Shown here in pieces: positions 18,388 to 27,531 of a DNA stretch of 59,243 bases. The translations under genes were made by a program, and so were the position numbers. Source of the stretch: Minisyncoccota bacterium (GTDB taxonomy: Bacteria; Patescibacteriota; Minisyncoccia; UBA6257; 1-14-0-10-40-38); assembly GCA_009694925.1 (NCBI GenBank), contig SIBX01000001.1, forward strand, positions 1 to 59,243, written 5' to 3'. The notes beneath the pieces were generated by a model. That model saw only the letters and a program-made list of their open reading frames with translations. It had not been told where the DNA came from and did no database searches. How positions within the stretch are numbered: the first letter of the stretch is position 1; each line of letters opens with the position of its first letter.

Positions 18388-19683
18388 ATGCTAGATATCA
18401 AATTTATAAAAGAAAACGCTGATTTAGTCCAAAAAGTCAGCGAAGAAAAAGGCTATAAGGTAGACGTCTCTGAAACTTTAAAGCTTTATGGTGAACAGAA
18501 TTCAATTTTGCAAAAAATAGAAAGCCTAAGAAAAGAAAGAAATGAGCTTTCCGCATTATCAAAAAATTCTAAGCCCACAGAAGAGCATATTAAGCGCGGC
18601 AAAGAAATTAAATTAGAAATTACACACCTAGAAGAATCTTTTAAAAAAGCAGAAGACGATTTTTTAGTTTCAGTTAAAAAAATTCCCAATATTTATTCCG
18701 AAGATGTTCCAAAGGGAAAATCTGAAAATGAAAATGTTGTAGTTAAAACAGTTGGCGAAATCCCAAAATTTAAATTTACCCCTAAGAATCATTGGCAATT
18801 GGGCGAAGCTAAGCATTGGATTGATAAGGAAAGGGCCACTAAAGTTGCCGGCGCGCGCTTTGCTTATCTAATGGGTGATTTTGTGAGATTAGAATGGGCC
18901 CTAATGCGTTTTGCTATGGATATTTTAACCGATGAAAAAATATTAAAGAAAATAATCAAAGCTAATAATTTAAAAGTTTCTTCGAAAGTCTTTATTCCAG
19001 TTCTTCCTCCATATATGATCAAAACCGAACAGTATGATGCTATGGATAGGCTTGAACCAAGAGAAGAAAGATATAAAATCGAAGGTGAAGATCTTTGGCT
19101 CCAAGGATCTGCTGAGCACGTTTTGGGCAGTATGCATTCTGAGGAAATTTTTAACGAAGCAGATCTTCCTTTAAGATATGTTGGTTTTGCCACCTCTTTT
19201 AGAAAAGAGGCTGGAAGTTATGGAAAAGATATGGAGGGCATCATCCGTCTCCACCAGTTTAATAAAATGGAGTTAGAAAGTTTTTCCGTAAAAGAAAACG
19301 GTATGCAGGAACATTTATTCTTTGTGGCTATTCAGGAATATTTAATGAAAGCGTTAGAGCTTCCTTATAGAGTGGTTATGAAGTGCACCGCCGATATCGG
19401 CAAACCTAACGCCAGAGGTATTGATATAGATGTCTGGCTTCCAGGACAAAATAAATATCGCGAGACTCACACGGCTGACTATATGACCGATTATCAGGCC
19501 CGCCGTTTAAAGACACGCGTCAGGAGAGCCGATAATTCAGTTGAATTAATCCATACCAACGACGCCACCGCGCTTTCCGAAAGGCCCCTTATAGCCATCT
19601 TAGAAAATAATCAAAGAGAAGACGGAACAATAGAAATTCCAAAAGTTTTGCGACCGTACATGCTTAAGAAAAAATTTATTTAA
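18388..19683 (+). CDS. serS: Serine--tRNA ligase
   Basis: MLDIKFI, coiled-coil arm, FRKEAGSYGKD..GIIRLHQF, DYQARRL. Confidence 0.97.
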   Translation: MLDIKFIKENADLVQKVSEEKGYKVDVSETLKLYGEQNSILQKIESLRKERNELSALSKNSKPTEEHIKRGKEIKLEITHLEESFKKAEDDFLVSVKKIPNIYSEDVPKGKSENENVVVKTVGEIPKFKFTPKNHWQLGEAKHWIDKERATKVAGARFAYLMGDFVRLEWALMRFAMDILTDEKILKKIIKANNLKVSSKVFIPVLPPYMIKTEQYDAMDRLEPREERYKIEGEDLWLQGSAEHVLGSMHSEEIFNEADLPLRYVGFATSFRKEAGSYGKDMEGIIRLHQFNKMELESFSVKENGMQEHLFFVAIQEYLMKALELPYRVVMKCTADIGKPNARGIDIDVWLPGQNKYRETHTADYMTDYQARRLKTRVRRADNSVELIHTNDATALSERPLIAILENNQREDGTIEIPKVLRPYMLKKKFI

Positions 19684-19734
19684 ATTTAAAGCGTCCAGCT
19701 GGGCTCTCCCATCTGGACGCTTTTTGTATCAACA

Positions 19735-19923
19735 TCACGAACCTCCAGCCTTCTTTTTAGGAGAACCATCTCGGAAGATAAAGAACCAAAAAAGAAATAC
19801 AACGACGGGCAACAACACAGCGCAAGTAGATAGAATGTGTTCGCTATCAAAGCGGTGAAGAACGTCAGTCGCAAAGCCCATCCAGCTGCCCGGAATTGGA
19901 CACTTACTCTCCTCCTGTGGCAT
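19735..19923 (-). CDS. Single-TM orphan microprotein in a GC-richer islet
   Basis: AAGGAAAAGGTGG purine tract before ATG; hydrophobic helix then KKK; hairpin AAAGCGTCCAG/CTGGACGCTTT at about 19688-19723. Confidence 0.5.
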   Translation of the reverse strand: MPQEESKCPIPGSWMGFATDVLHRFDSEHILSTCAVLLPVVVFLFWFFIFRDGSPKKKAGGS

Positions 19924-20011
19924 TTTCCACCTTTTCCTTTTCTATTTGCCAATCGGTCTGTGTGCTGTTTTTCAGTCTACGACAATATTTCAAATTATTA
20001 AAGTCTTAGAT

Positions 20012-20270
20012 AAAAAAAGAACCCGGGGCCACACTGGTTGTGTGACTACCCGGGCGCAGAACAGCCCCATTCCCTAACTTTACAAGAGATTGCGATCTTA
20101 CCTAGGATCATCATCGCAGGCGTGGATTGTCGAAAAGACCAATCTGAGCGCACTTAGGGAGACTCCGAACATAACCAGACTGAAGTTCGATCTAGTTGCA
20201 GCGTCTTGTTGCCGGCAAGGAGTCTTTTCCCCTTATATCTAGCAAAGACCAGAGGGAACTTTCTGCCCGT
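20012..20270 (-). ncRNA. Candidate structured ncRNA (about 250 nt)
   Basis: No ORF of 60 aa or more; promoter-like TTGTAA-16-TATTAT; several stems; terminator with T7 run. Confidence 0.45.
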
Positions 20271-20329
20271 TTATAATATCACAACTTTTAAAAGTTACAA
20301 ACTATGTCATTTTATGGTTAATATATTCA

Positions 20330-21385
20330 ATGAATAAAAAACTAAAAGTCTCCTTACTTTTCGGAGGAAAATCAGTTGAACACGAAGTTTCCATACTTTC
20401 CGCTAAAAATGTTTTTGAAGCAATTAATAAGGATAAGTATGATGTTTCCTTAATCGGTATTGATAAATCAGGTTATTGGCGATTCTTTACTGACGCAAAA
20501 ATTCTAGAGCAAAAAAGTATCAAGTCAATTGCCAAAAACCACAATGGATTCTTAAATCCAGACTGCGGAAAAGTACTAGTAAATTCAGACGTTGTTTTTC
20601 CCGTTCTTCACGGGACTTATGGCGAAGACGGCTCGGTACAGGGATTTTTAAAATTAATAAATAAGCCGTTTGTTGGTGCCGGTGTTTTGGGTTCGGCGCT
20701 CGGGATGGATAAGGAAGTTCAAAAACGGCTCTTAATCCAAGCGGAGATTACAACCGCTAAATTTTTAACTTATCAATCGTCAGAACTATCAACCATTAAC
20801 TATCACGCCATCACTACCAATCTGGACTTACCTTTTTTCATTAAGCCGGCTAATTCCGGATCGTCAGTAGGTGCATCTAAAGTTAAAAATGAGCCTGAAT
20901 TTATGCCAGCTATTTATGAGGCATTTAAATATGATAATAAAATTTTAATTGAAGAATTTATAGACGGCAGGGAAATAGAATGTTCGGTTTTGGGCAATAG
21001 CGAGCCAATCGCATCAATTCCCGGCGAGGTTGTGTCTAATCATGAATTTTATTCTTATGAAGCAAAATACTTAGACGAAAACGGAGCCGTTTTAAAAATT
21101 CCAGCCAAATTAAATAAGATAACAGCTAAAAAAATTCAAGAATTAGCAATTAAAACTTTTAAAGTATTAGAATGTTCAAGTATGGGACGCGTTGATTTCT
21201 TTTTAAAAAGAGATGGTCAGATTTTTATAAACGAGATTAATACTATTCCAGGATTTACCTCAATCAGTATGTATCCCAAACTTTGGGAAGCAACTGGCAT
21301 TAGTTATTCAGAATTAATAGATAGGCTGATTGAATTGGCTATAGAAAAATTTGAAAAGGATAGTAAGATAAAAACTTCTTATTAA
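20330..21385 (+). CDS. ddl: D-alanine--D-alanine ligase
   Basis: FGGKSVEHEVSILSA, FPVLHGTYGEDG, GSSVG, NEINTIPGFT. Confidence 0.97.
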   Translation: MNKKLKVSLLFGGKSVEHEVSILSAKNVFEAINKDKYDVSLIGIDKSGYWRFFTDAKILEQKSIKSIAKNHNGFLNPDCGKVLVNSDVVFPVLHGTYGEDGSVQGFLKLINKPFVGAGVLGSALGMDKEVQKRLLIQAEITTAKFLTYQSSELSTINYHAITTNLDLPFFIKPANSGSSVGASKVKNEPEFMPAIYEAFKYDNKILIEEFIDGREIECSVLGNSEPIASIPGEVVSNHEFYSYEAKYLDENGAVLKIPAKLNKITAKKIQELAIKTFKVLECSSMGRVDFFLKRDGQIFINEINTIPGFTSISMYPKLWEATGISYSELIDRLIELAIEKFEKDSKIKTSY

Positions 21386-21490
21386 AGAAAAAGAGTCGCT
21401 AGAGGTCTTCGTGCAGAACTTGCACGAGACATAGCGACTCTGTTGAAGGATTTATTTTTTCGTGAGTTCCTTCATTCTCACGGCGAGGTT

Positions 21491-21943
21491 CTAGCTCGCG
21501 CGCTTCTCCGATCGGGTCGAGGGGATTTTCCCGACTCGACGCAGTTCCTTGATGGCGCTCTTGCGAACCATGAGCGGCGCCCTGGATCGATCCAGTCGAT
21601 CGAGCTCCGCTATGGTCCGGCAAACCGAACCCAAGAGCAGTTTTTCGACTCCCTGGAGGCGAAGCTTCTCGGCTTCTGCATCTGCGAGCTTCACCCTTGT
21701 CTCCGCCAATATTGCCCTGTCATCCTCCAGTCGCCGGATGATTCCGACAATGTGCACGATCTGCTCTTCGGTCGGCGGACCCTGGAGAAGACCGAGAGTC
21801 GTCTGGACCTCGCCAGCCAAGCTCTCGTCGGTCTGCTCGAACTCCGGATCTTTGAAAACCGGAATTCTTGTGACCGTAACCTGTTCCGGGGTCAAAGAGA
21901 TTTGAACATTTCTCACGGTTCTCTCCCATTGTTCCGGCTTCAT
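21491..21943 (-). CDS. Orphan coiled-coil protein in a GC-rich islet
   Basis: Promoter TTGACT-18-TATAAT at 22011-22040 makes ATG 21943 the likelier start; heptad-like Leu/Glu/Arg stretch; long hairpin at about 21392-21441. Confidence 0.6.
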   Translation of the reverse strand: MKPEQWERTVRNVQISLTPEQVTVTRIPVFKDPEFEQTDESLAGEVQTTLGLLQGPPTEEQIVHIVGIIRRLEDDRAILAETRVKLADAEAEKLRLQGVEKLLLGSVCRTIAELDRLDRSRAPLMVRKSAIKELRRVGKIPSTRSEKRAS

Positions 21944-22100
21944 CCCAAATAGGGAATCAGCTTGGTTGTTCTGTTTTTGGTGCCGAGATAACTCCCAGCT
22001 ACCTTCCATAATTATAGCACACTAATACTATAAAAGTCAATAGGCAAGAAAGCCCATATAAATTAGCCAAAATAGACCATTTAAGTTATTATGAAATCCA

Positions 22101-23228
22101 ATGAAAGAGGAAAAAATCTACAAAACCTGGATCGAGCTAAGTAGTAATAATTTAAAAAATAATATAGGTGTTTTTAAAAATTTATTAGATAAAAAAACTA
22201 AGCTTTTTGCCGTGGTTAAATCAAACGCTTACGGCCATGGCTTAGAAGATTTTTCTAGAATGGCGGATAAGTTTAGGGTTGATGGTTTTTGTGTCGATTC
22301 AATTATTGAAGGAATTAAATTGAGAAGTATCAGTATAAAAAAACCAATTTTAGTTATCGGTCCATCAATCCCTGGAAATTCTTTATTAGATGCCAAGAAG
22401 AACGATATAACAATTTCTATTTCCAACTTAGAAGCCTTAAAGATTTACTCCGCCTCAAAAGCCAAGCCAGACTTTCATCTTAAAATAGATACGGGCATGC
22501 ATCGCCAAGGATTGCAGATTTTTGAAATGAGCGAAGCCATTAGTATTATTAAAAAGAAAAAACTTCCTATCAATGGAGCTTACACTCACTTTGCCTCCGC
22601 CAAAGATCCAAAAAATACCGAATTCACTAATAAGCAGTTTAATGAATTTAATGAAGCTATAAAACTTTTAGAAACTGCTGGCTTAAGAGATTTGGCCAAA
22701 CATTGCTCTGCAACCGGCGGAACTTTATTGGATAAAAAATATCATTTAGATATGGTTCGCGTGGGTATTGGTCTTTATGGAATGTATCCGAGCGAAGAGC
22801 TTAAAAAAGAATTTCAGGATAAATATAAATTACTTCCAGTTTTGTCTTGGAAAGCCTTAGTTAGCGAAGTAAAAGAAGTTAAATCTGGCGAAGGCATTAG
22901 TTATGATTTAGTAGAAAAATTAATTAAAGATTCAAAAATTGCCATTATTCCAATAGGTTATTGGCATGGCTATCCAAGAAGTTTAACTAGTGTCGGAAAG
23001 GTTTTAATTAATAGCAAAGAATGCAAAGTTCTAGGGCGAGTTTGTATGGATATGATCATCGTTGATGTTTCTAATTTAGAAAATCTGAAATTAGGAAATG
23101 AAGCCGTTTTAATAGGCAAATCAGAAAATTCAGAAATAACCTTAGAAGAAATTTCACAATTATCAATAAATTCTACTTATGAATTTATTACCAGAATAAA
23201 TCCATTAATAAAAAAGATTATAATTTAA
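22101..23228 (+). CDS. alr: Alanine racemase
   Basis: AVVKSNAYGHG (PLP lysine), HLKIDTGMHRQG, GRVCMD. Confidence 0.97.
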   Translation: MKEEKIYKTWIELSSNNLKNNIGVFKNLLDKKTKLFAVVKSNAYGHGLEDFSRMADKFRVDGFCVDSIIEGIKLRSISIKKPILVIGPSIPGNSLLDAKKNDITISISNLEALKIYSASKAKPDFHLKIDTGMHRQGLQIFEMSEAISIIKKKKLPINGAYTHFASAKDPKNTEFTNKQFNEFNEAIKLLETAGLRDLAKHCSATGGTLLDKKYHLDMVRVGIGLYGMYPSEELKKEFQDKYKLLPVLSWKALVSEVKEVKSGEGISYDLVEKLIKDSKIAIIPIGYWHGYPRSLTSVGKVLINSKECKVLGRVCMDMIIVDVSNLENLKLGNEAVLIGKSENSEITLEEISQLSINSTYEFITRINPLIKKIII

Positions 23229-23230
23229 AA

Positions 23231-24022
23231 ATGGAAATTCATCAGAATAATCTTAAAAAAAAGAGAAGGAGACTAAAATTTGAGCTATATTTTATTTTAG
23301 TTATTTTTTTATGCGAACCAATTTTAGCCCTTAAAACAATTAAGGATAGTTCAATTTTTCAGATTAAAAATCTAGAAATATCTGGGATAGATAGCTCAGA
23401 AAAATCAATCTTTATTGAAAATTTAAAAAAACATACCACTAGGCCAAAAGTTTTAGCCCTATTAGGGGAAAATAATATTCTTTCTTGGGAAAGTAACGTT
23501 AATTCTTTAAAATTTCTTGAATTTAATAATATTAATTTAAAAAAGGATTTTCTAAATATGTCTATTAACGTTACGGCAGAAAAATCAAAAAAAATTAGTT
23601 CTTGGTGTTTTTTAGGAGATGTTTCTAATAAGAATTGTTTTTGGGTTTCTTATGATGACGGAATGTTATTAGGTGAAGCTCCTCAGACATTCGGCGGTCT
23701 TTATATTGGAGTTATTGAAAACTCTAGTCGCATTGGATCTTTGGGTATAAAAGTTTTAGAAGATAATCAGTTTTTAAATTTTAAGAAAATATTCCAAGAG
23801 TTAAATTTAGCAGGGATAATCGCAGAAAAAGTAGAATATAAAAAAATAGGTGACGCATTAAATATTCAAGATAAAAACGGCACAAAGCTTTTATTTAACC
23901 TAAGTTTTGATCCAACTCTTAACTTAGAGGCATTAAAAAAGATTCTACAAAAATCTTCAAGTAATACAATAGAATATATAGATCTTTCCGTTGAGGGTAA
24001 AATCTATGTTAAACCAAGATAG
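23231..24022 (+). CDS. FtsQ/DivIB-like cell division protein
   Basis: Basic N-terminus plus TM, FQIKNLEISG POTRA start, C-terminal EYIDL....KIYVK. Confidence 0.65.
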   Translation: MEIHQNNLKKKRRRLKFELYFILVIFLCEPILALKTIKDSSIFQIKNLEISGIDSSEKSIFIENLKKHTTRPKVLALLGENNILSWESNVNSLKFLEFNNINLKKDFLNMSINVTAEKSKKISSWCFLGDVSNKNCFWVSYDDGMLLGEAPQTFGGLYIGVIENSSRIGSLGIKVLEDNQFLNFKKIFQELNLAGIIAEKVEYKKIGDALNIQDKNGTKLLFNLSFDPTLNLEALKKILQKSSSNTIEYIDLSVEGKIYVKPR

Positions 24023-24115
24023 GGTATAGCCACTAGCCAATGGGGTGTAGTAAAATCATATTTTATAATACAGTATTTAACTAGTCGCTATTGGTAAACC
24101 CTAGTCACTAATCAA

Positions 24116-24502
24116 ATGTTTGTAAGATTTCCCAAAGACACAGCCAGCATCTCTTGGACTAACCATATTAAGAATAAAATGGCTTTTTATGGTCTTTCGG
24201 AATCAAAAATAAAATCTATTCTTAGTTATCCAAAACGCAAAGAAGAGGGAATTGCCCCAGACACATTTGCCTCAATGAAACGCAACGACAAGAAAAATAG
24301 GAAAGAGGAGATATGGGTAATGTATATTGATAAAAAAAATAAAATGAAAGTTTCAACGCTAAAAAAAAGATCAAAAATTTTAATGATCAGCGCCTGGCGT
24401 TACCCAGGAGTTTCAAAAGTTGGGGCACAAATTCCAATTCCCGAAGATATGCTTTCAGAGCTCGGTGGATTCTTTAAGCTTCCAGAAGAATCTTTATTAT
24501 AA
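24116..24502 (+). CDS. Hypothetical protein
   Basis: Clean ORF (WT.H.K.KM.FYGLS, EEGIAP, ISAWRYPG); function unclear. Confidence 0.75.
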   Translation: MFVRFPKDTASISWTNHIKNKMAFYGLSESKIKSILSYPKRKEEGIAPDTFASMKRNDKKNRKEEIWVMYIDKKNKMKVSTLKKRSKILMISAWRYPGVSKVGAQIPIPEDMLSELGGFFKLPEESLL

Positions 24503-24539
24503 TATTGACTTAAAATATTTATATTGTTAAGGTTTTAGA

Positions 24540-24828
24540 GAAGTAAGTCGAGAAGTCGCAAGTCAGCTTTTGGACGCTAAGCTTTCCTTCTTTGCCAGCA
24601 TCCAAAAGTCCGCAAATGGGCTCTTCTTCGCACAAGAGTTGAATTTCTCGTTTCATTCGGTCTCTCAATCCTCGGGCGACCACTGGCTAACCGACTAGAC
24701 CCGGTAAGCCGATACGGTGAGCAATCTCTGGGACAATGTAAGAGTTAATGAACCAGGGAGCGAGAAAAATTGTGCTTCTAGGCTTATCGGCTTCGGGTTG
24801 AGGCAACTCCTCCGCCCGAAGCCTCTTT
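24540..24828 (+). ncRNA. Candidate structured ncRNA (about 290 nt)
   Basis: TTGACT-17-TAAGGT promoter, paired ends, terminator at 24789-24828, no sense ORF. Confidence 0.45.
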
Positions 24829-24868
24829 AATTGCAATCTTAACCAAACCTTATTAAAATACTTTAGAC

Positions 24869-25864
24869 ATGAAATTATCGATAGGCATCGTAGGTTTACC
24901 AAATGTAGGCAAGTCCACCCTTTTTAAAATAATCACTAAAAATGAGGTTAATATTGCCAACTATCCATTTTGCACCATAGATCCAAACGTGGGCGTCGTT
25001 TCTGTCCCCGATGATCGATTGGATAAGCTTGCGGTAATGTCTAGCTCCGCCAAAAAAATCGCAGCCATTATCGAATTTTACGATATCGCTGGCCTTGTTA
25101 AGGGCGCCTCTTCGGGCGAAGGTTTAGGTAATCAATTTTTATCGCACATCAAAGAAACAGAAGTCATCGTTCAAGTTTTAAGATGTTTTTCTTCAGAAGA
25201 AATTATTCACGTAGAAAATAGAGTAGATCCTGTTTCTGATTTAGAAATAATCAACACAGAATTAATTTTGAAAGATTTAGATGTCGTTACTAAAAGATTT
25301 GCCAAAATAGACGCAGAAATAAAATCTGGTAATAAGCAAGCCATTAAAAACAAAGAAGTTTTAGCAAAATTAAAAGAAATATTAGAAAAAGGGGAATTAA
25401 TATCAGATTTTAAAGATGAGATTATCGTTAAAGAACTCCAGCTTTTAACCGCTAAAAAACAAATTTATTTCTTAAATGGTAAATCTGAAGATGTTAGTGA
25501 TGCATTAAAGCAAAAAATCGCCAGTCTAAATTCAACCTATGTCGTCTCAGATCTTGGAACGGTAGAAAATATTCCAGAATTAATTAAAAAAGCTTATGAA
25601 GTCTTAGATTTAATTAGTTTTTTTACAACAGGAGAGGAGGAAACTAGGGCCTGGACAATCAAAAAAGGCTGGAAAGCGCCTCAAGCATCCGGAGTCATTC
25701 ATACAGATTTTGAAAAAAAATTCATTCGCGCCGAAGTGGTTTCAACTAATAAACTTTTAGAATGTGGTTCATGGGTCAAAGCCAAAGAAAAAGGATTAAT
25801 CCGCATAGAAGGTAAGGAATATGAGGTAAAAGATGGTGATGTTTTAGTTGTTAGACATTCTTAA
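24869..25864 (+). CDS. ychF: Redox-regulated ATPase YchF
   Basis: GIVGLPNVGKSTLF, ANYPFCTIDPN, DIAGLVKGAS.GEGLGNQFL, TGS domain. Confidence 0.97.
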   Translation: MKLSIGIVGLPNVGKSTLFKIITKNEVNIANYPFCTIDPNVGVVSVPDDRLDKLAVMSSSAKKIAAIIEFYDIAGLVKGASSGEGLGNQFLSHIKETEVIVQVLRCFSSEEIIHVENRVDPVSDLEIINTELILKDLDVVTKRFAKIDAEIKSGNKQAIKNKEVLAKLKEILEKGELISDFKDEIIVKELQLLTAKKQIYFLNGKSEDVSDALKQKIASLNSTYVVSDLGTVENIPELIKKAYEVLDLISFFTTGEEETRAWTIKKGWKAPQASGVIHTDFEKKFIRAEVVSTNKLLECGSWVKAKEKGLIRIEGKEYEVKDGDVLVVRHS

Positions 25865-25962
25865 AAGTTTTATTGTTAGTTTTTTTATACCCTAGTGGCT
25901 ATTGGCTAGACACTAGCTTAACTGTTAATTAATCGATACTTAAAAAATGATATAATTTTATC

Positions 25963-27531
25963 ATGCCTTTTTTAGTATTGGCTCTTATTCCAGTTTTTAT
26001 ATTAGGAATTTTTGTTTACAGAATTTCAATAAATAGAAATAAGGTTTATAAAAATTTTTATTCAAACTTTGGATTTTCCTTAGCTAGTTTTCAGACTTCA
26101 AAACCAGAAGAAGAGAAATTCAAATTTGAAATATTTTCAGATTTTCTAGTGGAAAAAAATATCCGCTCCATTTTTGAGGTTTATAAATCAAAACTCTCAG
26201 AAGATATTCGTTTTGAGATGTCTATTCCTAATTTTGTTTTTCCAGTCGTTAAATCTAAATTTCTAGAAATTTGGCCAAATATAAAAATAATTGATTTTCC
26301 AGAATCCGGCCTTCATCTTGAAAACGACTCAACTGTTGGAGGAGAATTTTCATTTCCCAAAAATGAATCCTTTGGAGGTTTTTTAGGATTAGTCTTCTCT
26401 TCTCTTAAAGAGGTGCCGTTTGGTGCAGGTTTTGTTTTTCAGGCCATAACCAATCCTCATGAAGGCCTAAATTTAGATGCCCACGTTCGCATGCTTATTT
26501 TTTCAAGCGATAAAGTTGAAAATGAACATATGTTTGATAACTTTAATGATAAATTTAAAGAAAACTTTAAAAGTTCTGGAATTCGTTTTTTAAAAACAAG
26601 AAATTCAGAAGACTTGAAATCAAAAATAATTTCAAGACAAAATTCAGCCTCATCATTTTTATCTTCTAGAGACTTCTCTAATATATTTAATTTTTCATTA
26701 GGAGAAAAGGAGAAGGTTTATAAAAAACTCAAAATATCAAATCTTTTAAATAAATCAAAAACAAAAAACTCTGCCATAAGTATTAGCTCTAGGAAATCAC
26801 TGGTTTTAGGTTCAGACCCTGAAAGTATGTCGGACTTTATAGCCACTCTTACTCTAAGCGACATCCACGCCGGCAAGAATGTAATTTTCTTAGAAAAGGG
26901 ATTGCCGGTAATAGAAAAAATAATCTCTAATTTTCCTAAAGAAAAAGCCAACGACCTTATTATTTTAGACCAAAAAGATGCATTTAAAATACTTAAATTA
27001 AAAAACCTTAAATTAGAGGGAAATGACTATAAAGTTGCGGTTTTTTCGCCACACAATTTTAATAAAGAAAAGTTTATTCCAAAACAAACAAAAATCTACG
27101 CCGGTCTAATAAGCGAATTTAATACCAGACTAATAGAGGAAATATTGGCAAAAAACTTTTTTAATAATATTGAAGTTGTTTTAGCCTCAAACAAGCTTTC
27201 CGTTTTTAATCCAAGTATTAAAAACTTATTAAAATTGAAAATCGGCACAACTGCCTTTTTAAAATTAGATAAAGAAGAAATGCAAAAAATAGAAAGCGAA
27301 CTGCCAGAGATTATTAATTCAAATTTTATGGAAAATTTAAGTGAAAACACTGCCATGTTAAATAATTTCGAGACAGAACTTCCTCTTTTTGAAACGGGGG
27401 ATTTGCGTTTAGTCAAATTTAGTAGGATTATAAAAAATGTATCAGAGATTAAAAAAATGGAAACCTATTCCAACCTTGTTTACTGGTCAAACAAAAAACA
27501 TATAGACGAAATTATAAGTAAATTAGTTTAA
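25963..27531 (+). CDS. Membrane-anchored protein resembling a degenerate TrwB/VirD4/HerA-type ATPase
   Basis: N-terminal TM; SLVLGSDPESMS...DIHAGKNVIFLE aligns by eye to the Walker A region without GKS/T. Confidence 0.5.
   Translation: MPFLVLALIPVFILGIFVYRISINRNKVYKNFYSNFGFSLASFQTSKPEEEKFKFEIFSDFLVEKNIRSIFEVYKSKLSEDIRFEMSIPNFVFPVVKSKFLEIWPNIKIIDFPESGLHLENDSTVGGEFSFPKNESFGGFLGLVFSSLKEVPFGAGFVFQAITNPHEGLNLDAHVRMLIFSSDKVENEHMFDNFNDKFKENFKSSGIRFLKTRNSEDLKSKIISRQNSASSFLSSRDFSNIFNFSLGEKEKVYKKLKISNLLNKSKTKNSAISISSRKSLVLGSDPESMSDFIATLTLSDIHAGKNVIFLEKGLPVIEKIISNFPKEKANDLIILDQKDAFKILKLKNLKLEGNDYKVAVFSPHNFNKEKFIPKQTKIYAGLISEFNTRLIEEILAKNFFNNIEVVLASNKLSVFNPSIKNLLKLKIGTTAFLKLDKEEMQKIESELPEIINSNFMENLSENTAMLNNFETELPLFETGDLRLVKFSRIIKNVSEIKKMETYSNLVYWSNKKHIDEIISKLV

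Noticed and set aside
21443..21952. Plus-strand 169-aa ORF and other overlapping ORFs in GC islets (e.g. 8558-8872, 9202-9492, 11978-12289, 33473-33868)
   Set aside because: Shadow ORFs expected in GC-rich DNA; promoter, SD and terminator orientation support the opposite or alternative frame
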